From Nitrospinota bacterium (GTDB lineage: Bacteria > UBA8248): DNA of 23,092 bases. The position numbers were made by a program, and so were the translations under genes. The stretch covers positions 1 to 23,092 of the forward strand of contig JAYGFR010000265.1 in the NCBI GenBank assembly GCA_046581755.1, written 5' to 3'. Of the stretch, positions 17,338 through 23,092 are shown in pieces. The number at the start of each line of letters is the position of its first letter. Positions within the stretch are counted from its first letter, which is position 1. Under the pieces are notes generated by a model. The model had not been told where the DNA came from, ran no database searches, and worked only from the letters and a program-made list of their open reading frames with translations.

Positions 17338-17454
17338 TGCACGAAAGTCCCGGCATTTGGCGGCAGTTTCACGAATATGACCGCACGTCCTCCCGGACCG
17401 TTTCGAAATATTCACCCTAGGGGGGCTTTTCCGAATTCTCGAAGGAGCAGCGCC

Positions 17455-19248
17455 GTGACCCGCATGAATGGTGGCCAAATCATCGTAGACTATCTGATCC
17501 AAAAAGGCGCGACCGACGTATTCGGCCTGTGCGGCCACGGGAACATCAGCTTCATCGATGCGCTCTATGAGCGCTCCGACGAGATCACTTCCTACTCGGT
17601 GCGCCACGAATCCGTCGCCGGGTTCATGGCCGATGTCTACTACCGGGTCTCCGGCCACCCGGCCGCCACCTTCACCTCCTGCGGCCCCGGCTCGGCCAAT
17701 CTGCCCATCAGTCTGGCCAACGCTTTTTTCGATTCGGTTCCCTTCTTCGCCATTACAGGAAATATCCCCACCGACCAGTTCAACCGGGGCGCTTTCCAGG
17801 AGGCCTACCGTCACTATCAGGCCGACTTTCCATCGGCCGTCCGGCCCTTCTGCAAGCACGTCTTTCAGCCCACGCGGGCCGAACAGGTTCCCCTCTTCAC
17901 GCGCCAGGCCTGGAAAACCATGGTCACCGGACGGCCTGGGCCCGTCGTGCTCGACGTGCCGTTCGATATATTCAAGGAAGAAACCGATGTCGAAATGCCC
18001 CAGGCGAAAGATTGGGACGCCAATATCTCGTGCCGCTGCGGTGCGGATCCGGACGGCGTTCGAAAAGCGGTCGATTTGCTCCTGGAGGCCGAGCGGCCTG
18101 TCATTATGGTCGGCCAAGGGGTCAAATACGGTGGAGCGACCGAAGAGATGCTCCGGCTGGCCGAGCGGCTGCAAATTCCGGTGGTATGCTCCTCGAGCGG
18201 CATGGGCGCCATCGACGCGGCCCACCCGCTCGCGCTGGGGCTCATCGCCCGGAACGGCACCTATCCCGCGAACCATGCTGCCCGGCAGGCCGACGTTCTC
18301 CTCGCCCTCGGCGTGCGGTTCGACGACCGAACTTCGAGTAGCTGGCTCCCCGGGTATTCGTTCAATATCCCTCCCACCAAGCTGATTCATGTTGATATTG
18401 ATCCGGATGAAATCGCCCGCAACTACCCCGTTGCTCTCGGCCTCATGGCAGACGTGAGAACGTTTCTCCGGCAGATTCTCGGAGAACTCGATGCCAGAAG
18501 CGCGCCAAACGAGATTCCCGCCGCGCAGAGCGCCTGGCTGCGCGACATCGACGGGTGGCGCAATGAGTGGGAGGAATGGACCGCTCCCGGCTACCAGGCG
18601 GACACCACACCGATTCATCCCCAGCGCGCGGCGCATGAAATCGACAAGGCGCTCCCCGACGACGCCATCATTGTGAGCGACGTAGGCATCCACCATAACT
18701 GGCTCATCCAGTATTGCCGCCCGAAGGACTCACACTCCCTTATCGGATCGATGGGATTCGGGGCCATGGGCTTCGGGGTGGCCGGGGTTTTGGGGGCCGC
18801 GATCGCCGCGCCCGGCAGACCATGCATCTCGGTCTGCGGAGACGGGGCTTTCCTGATGCACGCCAGCGTCATGGCCACGGCGGTCGAGTACAAAATTCCG
18901 GCTATCTGGGTGGTATGGAACAACTACGCTTTTGCCTCCATCCGTGGCCTTCAACGCGGCTACCTCGGCGGCCGCGAACTCGTCACCGACTTCAAGGATC
19001 CGGACTCGGCGGAACCCTATAACCCGGACTTCGCCGCCATGGCGCGAACGGCGGGGCTGAAAGGTCTCCGGGTCGATAAAGCAAAGGATCTGGGAGAAGC
19101 GGTGGAGGAGGCTGTCGCGGCGAACGAGCCCTGCGTCATCGACGCGAACATCCAGGGGGAAGGCAACCCCGTCGGCGCCGGAGTTTGGGAGTTGCCCGGC
19201 CTGGGCCACGGGGAGCCGGCCATCGGGGCGAGAACCATCGTCGAGTAG
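17455..19248 (+). CDS. Thiamine pyrophosphate-dependent enzyme (acetolactate synthase large subunit-like family)
   Basis: FGLCGHGN, VRHE, TSCGPGSAN, GRPGPVVLDVPFD, RFDDR, GAMGFG, TPP motif GDGAF...WNN. AAGGAG RBS before GTG 17455. No small regulatory subunit nearby. Confidence 0.93.
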   Translation: MTRMNGGQIIVDYLIQKGATDVFGLCGHGNISFIDALYERSDEITSYSVRHESVAGFMADVYYRVSGHPAATFTSCGPGSANLPISLANAFFDSVPFFAITGNIPTDQFNRGAFQEAYRHYQADFPSAVRPFCKHVFQPTRAEQVPLFTRQAWKTMVTGRPGPVVLDVPFDIFKEETDVEMPQAKDWDANISCRCGADPDGVRKAVDLLLEAERPVIMVGQGVKYGGATEEMLRLAERLQIPVVCSSSGMGAIDAAHPLALGLIARNGTYPANHAARQADVLLALGVRFDDRTSSSWLPGYSFNIPPTKLIHVDIDPDEIARNYPVALGLMADVRTFLRQILGELDARSAPNEIPAAQSAWLRDIDGWRNEWEEWTAPGYQADTTPIHPQRAAHEIDKALPDDAIIVSDVGIHHNWLIQYCRPKDSHSLIGSMGFGAMGFGVAGVLGAAIAAPGRPCISVCGDGAFLMHASVMATAVEYKIPAIWVVWNNYAFASIRGLQRGYLGGRELVTDFKDPDSAEPYNPDFAAMARTAGLKGLRVDKAKDLGEAVEEAVAANEPCVIDANIQGEGNPVGAGVWELPGLGHGEPAIGARTIVE

Positions 19249-19259
19249 ACCGCGCGGAC

Positions 19260-19934
19260 CTAGCCCTGGCTCCAGATTCGGCGATAGAGAACTCTTGAGT
19301 TTTCGCCGTGTAGCACCGCTTGGAAATTTTCCGCCGCCCAAGGAGTGGACCAGGATCGCTCGATGCATCCGGACCGGAGTGCATCAACGGAATCGAATTC
19401 ATAGAGGAATAGATTTGCCGGCTCGCCCTCCACAGCCAGGTAGCGCCGGAGGGTGAGCAGTCCTTCCATTTTCGCCGCCTCGCCGAAATGCTCCCGGCCC
19501 AGCCAGGCATTGAAGTCCGGCCGGACCTCCAAGGCAACGTCAAAACGCATCAGGCAAACGGCTGGACCAATCGCCAAACTGGCGGCACGAGCGTAATCCG
19601 AGGGTCCGTTTACCCGCGACACCTCGGCATAGTGGCACCTCACCTGCCCGAGGCGCTGCGCCATCATGCCGGCGACGTTCTCGGGCAGCCGTTTCGCTGC
19701 ATCGAGCCTGCCTGCGCTGTGAAAGCTGGAATATGAGGGCATGATCTCCAGAAGCTGGAACTGCTTCGGTGCTTCAATCGCCTCGTAATGAGAAATGGCG
19801 GAAAACGAACCCTCGGCGAGCGTTCTTGGAAGATGTTCTCCGTGGAGCCATTCGAGGTAGGCATCCACCTTATCCGCCTCGACGTCGTAGTTGGGGGCAA
19901 AGAGCCCCAAATCGAGGCCTCGTTCGACTTCCAT
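19260..19934 (-). CDS. Hypothetical protein with two DUF4286/EthD-like dimeric alpha-beta barrel repeats
   Basis: Internal duplication: DAYLEWLHGEHLP and DFNAWLGREHFG...RRY...LYEFDS...STPW. GGAGGGAG RBS. Confidence 0.75.
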   Translation of the reverse strand: MEVERGLDLGLFAPNYDVEADKVDAYLEWLHGEHLPRTLAEGSFSAISHYEAIEAPKQFQLLEIMPSYSSFHSAGRLDAAKRLPENVAGMMAQRLGQVRCHYAEVSRVNGPSDYARAASLAIGPAVCLMRFDVALEVRPDFNAWLGREHFGEAAKMEGLLTLRRYLAVEGEPANLFLYEFDSVDALRSGCIERSWSTPWAAENFQAVLHGENSRVLYRRIWSQG

Positions 19935-19965
19935 GCTCACTCCCTCCCCCGTTTTTTCAAGTGAC

Positions 19966-21078
19966 CTATAAAGCGGCCGCTGGCGCGTTTCCGCTTTTTT
20001 GCAGGAAAACCATGTGCCCCGCACCTATCAATAACCCGGCCAGATTCAGGCACGGCGAGGCGAGAAAAAGAAGCGCCGCCACCACTGCCATGACCAGGCG
20101 ATCTCCAGCCCCCAACAAGGAACGGCCATACCCCATCGCCGCCATCGCGACAAAAATTATTCCTACACTTGAGACGGTGAGCCGGTAAGCGATCTCCCCG
20201 AAGGTTCCCTGAGTCAGAAGCAGTTCGGGATAATAAACAAACAGGTAGGGCACGATGAAGGCGGTAATCGCAAGCCGGCAAGCGGTAAATCCCGTTCGCA
20301 TCGCGTTGGCTCCCGATATGCCCGAAGCCGCGTAGGCAGCCAGCGCCACCGGGGGTGTGATCGAACTGATCACCCCGAAGTAGAAGATAAACATATGGGC
20401 GGCAACGAGCGGGGCCCCCAGCTTGGTAATCGAGGGTGCCACCACAATCACCAAAAGGATGTAAGCCGCGATGGTCGGAAGCCCCATTCCGAGTACAAGG
20501 GAGGCAATTATCACCAGAAAAATAACGAGGAAAAGCGATGACGAGGCGATTTCGGTGACCATGATGGATATTCGCACACCGAGCGCCGCCAAAACGAGCA
20601 GGCCCACGATGAGGCCGATACTGGAGGTCGCCGCGACAAGGCCGAGCGAGTTCTTCGCTCCGTTCTCCATCCCTGCCAGAATCGAACTGCCAAGTTCGCG
20701 GGCACTCTCGGCGGGGTGGACTATCTCCTTTATCGTGAAAACGGGCATCGCGATGAGGCAGATGGCCCCGGCGGAAAGAACGGCAGGAAGGAAAAGGCCG
20801 AGAAAAGGGATTTGTCCCAGCCAGAGAAGCTCGGATGGAAATTGCCATCGGGCAATCGACAGACCGAAAAAGAAAATGATCGGAAATCCTTGTAGAGAGG
20901 GAACGGCGGCAAAAAGGATGCCCGCGCCGAACAGCGCCAGCCGGACCCAGCCAATTTCACCGAGCAGGGGAAGCGCAACCGCACCTTTAAAGGCAGATGG
21001 GGCGGCGACCGGCCCATAGGCGAGCGCGAGAGAAGCGATGAGAACCACACTGGCCGCCAACACCCCCAATTCCCCCAT
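19966..21078 (-). pseudogene. C-terminal half of a second TRAP fused permease (5'-truncated)
   Basis: LVLGMGLPTIAAYI, AAHMFIFYFGVISSITPPVALAAYAASGI, AFIVPYLFVYYPELL are present. The N-terminal GGPAK/GTFTIP/PPVMG motifs appear in none of the upstream ORF-track translations, and only ~550 nt remain before the next gene. No binding-protein gene is adjacent. Confidence 0.8.
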
Positions 21079-21111
21079 AAGCGGACCGGAACCAACGCAG
21101 GGAACGCACAA

Positions 21112-21197
21112 TCGCGATAATGGCATACCCACCGCGAGGTGGGGACGCAAAAACACAAGTCAGAGGGACCTCGGCTGATGGTTGGCCTGCCGAACGA
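21112..21197 (+). promoter_or_regulatory. c-di-GMP-I (GEMM-I) riboswitch-like aptamer, partly degenerate
   Basis: CGATAATGGCATA-CCCACC-GCGA-GGTGGG-GACGCAAA...TCAG...CTGA-TGG-TT-GGCC-TGCCGAA follows the GEMM-I pattern GGCAAACC-stem-GNRA-stem-GACGCAAA-second stem-TGCCGA. Deviations are GGCATA for GGCAAA and an unpaired base of the second stem. Confidence 0.72.
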
Positions 21198-21198
21198 A

Positions 21199-21217
21199 AG
21201 GGAGTCGAAGACTCCCT
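21199..21217. terminator. Perfect hairpin just after the aptamer (expression platform or minus-strand terminator)
   Basis: AGGGAGTC-GAA-GACTCCCT. No U-tract on +; on - the stem runs into TTTCGTT. Confidence 0.5.
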
Positions 21218-21622
21218 GCGCGAAGGACAATATTGTAAAAAGTTTCTATATGCCCTTTCGATTTGTATTCCGCTTCAAATCACCCAACTCCATTCCGCAT
21301 TTACCGAAAATCCAAGGTAGCGATACCGGGGACTGGCTACTGAACCATCGGCCTCGCCGGACTTACAAAAAACCGAAACCATCCGATCATTCGGCCAGCG
21401 AGAACCGGGAAAAGAAAAAAGAGAAACCGGAAAACAGCCCAACAAACCTGCCAAACTGGATGCGCTACCCGATACGGCCGATAAAATCGGTTAAGGAGAA
21501 ATAAAAATCGGCCTGAATGGGAGGCGATGAAATAGAATGCCGGCAACGATGGCGCCTCCGTTTGCCCGGGTTTGATCGGTTTTCAGTTTGAGTGAATGGA
21601 AGAGCCTCTTTTTTCGGCAAAG

Positions 21623-22759
21623 CTATTTGTCCAACTTTGCGGACAGGTCGCGGGGCGAAAACTTTCCCTCGCCATCCCCCAAGTAAATTCCCACCCGATG
21701 AATACTTGCAAAAGCAAGAACGAGATCGGCCTTTCCATCCCCGTTCATGTCTCCCGCCCGAAGAGCAATGACATCGTCGGGAACGCGGAATTTCCCGCCG
21801 GGGCGAAAACTCCCATCCCCCATTCCAAAGGACACCCAAACATCCAACGAGGTGCGGCTTCCAACAGCCATATCCAAAAATCCGTCACCGTTGAAGTCGC
21901 TCACGGCAATCCCGTGGGGATTGGTCCCAACCTTTACGCGGCTTCCCGGAACAAATCCTTTCTTCTCGTCGCCGTTCAGCAGAACCACGGCATCGTCGCC
22001 CCCCAGGACAACGGCGATATCCATCCGCCCATCCCGGTTGAAATCCCGAACCGCCAAGTAATGCGGCAGGCGGCCGGGGCGATAGTGCCGGGGTTTGGAG
22101 AAAATGCCTCCCCCCTGATTCAAGAGGACGGATACCCGTTGCTGCCCAAGACCTCCCACGGCAATATCCTTTTTGCCGTCCCCATTCAGATCCGCTAGCT
22201 CAAGAATATGAAGGCCTCTGAAGAGGAGATACTCATGCGCTTCACCAAATCCACCCCCGCTTTTTGCGAGAAAAACCAGAATCTTCCCCGGAACCGCTTG
22301 CGATACGACCAAATCCGTCCTGCCATCACCGTTCAAATCTCCGAGCCCCAGGGAAACCGCCGCCGGAACCGGGAGAATTTTTCGGCGAGGAAATGACCCA
22401 TTTCCATCCCCGTAAAGAATCGTCACCTGTCCCGCCCCGGTCTCAGCACTGACCATATCCAGGGTGCCGTTCCCGTCCACATCACCCATTACCACCCAAC
22501 CGGGCCCGCGGCCGACCTGAATGGATGTCGCCCGGGAAATCCCACCCTTTCCGTCTCCGAGCAGTACGCCAATTTGCTCCCCGGCGGATGCCGCAACGAT
22601 AATGTCCAGGTTTCCGTCCTTGTTGACATCCGCGAGAACCAGGGCATGGGGAGATCGGCCAACGTGGAAATGCCCTTCTCCCTGGTCCGACAGGACATTC
22701 CGGGGGGAGATGGTCAGGAAGGCGGCAACCGCCATGGCAAGCGAAATATTTCGAAACAA
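21623..22759 (-). CDS. FG-GAP/VCBS repeat beta-propeller protein, probably exported
   Basis: Seven DxNxDGxxD Ca-blade motifs (DVNKDGNLD, DVDGNGTLD, DLNGDGRTD, DLNGDGKKD, DFNRDGRMD, DFNGDGFLD, DMNGDGKAD) and a signal-like N-terminus. Start uncertain (TTG 22759 or ATG 22735). Confidence 0.88.
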   Translation of the reverse strand: MFRNISLAMAVAAFLTISPRNVLSDQGEGHFHVGRSPHALVLADVNKDGNLDIIVAASAGEQIGVLLGDGKGGISRATSIQVGRGPGWVVMGDVDGNGTLDMVSAETGAGQVTILYGDGNGSFPRRKILPVPAAVSLGLGDLNGDGRTDLVVSQAVPGKILVFLAKSGGGFGEAHEYLLFRGLHILELADLNGDGKKDIAVGGLGQQRVSVLLNQGGGIFSKPRHYRPGRLPHYLAVRDFNRDGRMDIAVVLGGDDAVVLLNGDEKKGFVPGSRVKVGTNPHGIAVSDFNGDGFLDMAVGSRTSLDVWVSFGMGDGSFRPGGKFRVPDDVIALRAGDMNGDGKADLVLAFASIHRVGIYLGDGEGKFSPRDLSAKLDK

Positions 22760-22776
22760 GCGGGGCCCAAAATTTT

Positions 22777-22857
22777 CGAGACTTCCAAATTCGCGGCCAG
22801 GGACGGAAAAAAGACACCAAAAATACCCGAGACTTCCGATTTTGCGGCCGGGGACGG
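22777..22857. repeat. 30-bp direct repeat, 51-bp period, between cytochrome c and FG-GAP genes
   Basis: CGAGACTTCCAAATTCGCGGCCAGGGACGG (22777-22806) and CGAGACTTCCGATTTTGCGGCCGGGGACGG (22828-22857), 26/30 identical. Confidence 0.8.
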
Positions 22858-22871
22858 CCTGGAACCCACCG

Positions 22872-23092
22872 CTATTTTTTTTGACTTTTATCACCTGAGG
22901 GACTCCGTTCCAAGGATCGGAGATAGACGATGACATCTCGAATGTCATCGTCGCTAAGCCACCTGCCGGCGGGCGGCATGAAGCGCGATTTTCCCGCTCT
23001 CGTTCCGCCTTCTTTGATCACGTTGAACAATTCCTTGCCCGAGAAACGGCTCATGAATTCGGGATTCGTCAAATCGGGAACCGGAAAAGGAG
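22872..23092 (-). CDS. Class I cytochrome c domain protein, 3' part (gene starts outside the window)
   Basis: PDLTNPEFM...ELFNVIKEGG...GKSRFMPP...LSDDDIRDVIVYLRSL fits the axial-Met and C-terminal helix pattern. CxxCH is not within the window. Confidence 0.78.
   Translation of the reverse strand, partial: PFPVPDLTNPEFMSRFSGKELFNVIKEGGTRAGKSRFMPPAGRWLSDDDIRDVIVYLRSLERSPSGDKSQKK

Noticed and set aside
16765..17454. Long N-terminal extensions of the LLM and TPP ORFs
   Set aside because: Both genes have strong AAGGAG sites at 16764 and 17455, where family homology begins. The extensions overlap each other and run through repeats.
21169..21226. Hammerhead-ribozyme-like pattern CTGATG...GAAA-stem-T
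   Set aside because: Core A9 is missing, the cleavage triplet would end in G, and stem I pairs poorly. The same bases are better explained as the 3' part of the GEMM aptamer plus its hairpin.
21139..21504. 121-aa K/P-rich plus-strand ORF
   Set aside because: Starts inside the riboswitch, has no well-spaced RBS at the internal ATG and no recognisable domain, so it is not called as a gene.

Overview
GC-rich bacterial window dominated by catabolic genes. A long minus-strand cluster (14290 to 1373) reads: alpha/beta hydrolase, TAXI-TRAP transporter (both genes disrupted), isochorismatase-family hydrolase, class II aldolase, LigI-like amidohydrolase, Gfo/Idh/MocA dehydrogenase, an fdrA remnant, and hydantoinase/oxoprolinase A and B. 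It converges on a fatty acid hydroxylase/sterol desaturase gene. To the right are an LLM oxidoreductase, a TPP enzyme, a DUF4286-like gene, a 5'-truncated second TRAP permease, an FG-GAP repeat protein and the end of a cytochrome c. The best candidate for a new system is a lower-GC islet at about 14950-15630. It holds an orphan PemK/MazF-superfamily (YifN-like) toxin gene with no protein antitoxin, followed by a separate promoter, a highly structured ~135-nt non-coding segment and a terminator, suggesting an RNA-antitoxin (type III-like) module. Other non-coding signals are a 152-bp MITE with TATAA target duplication, a degenerate orphan c-di-GMP-I (GEMM) riboswitch, and several short tandem duplications. 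One of these builds a relay of ATGA-coupled 7-aa mini-ORFs between the two hydantoinase genes. All calls come from reading motifs by eye; no searches were run.
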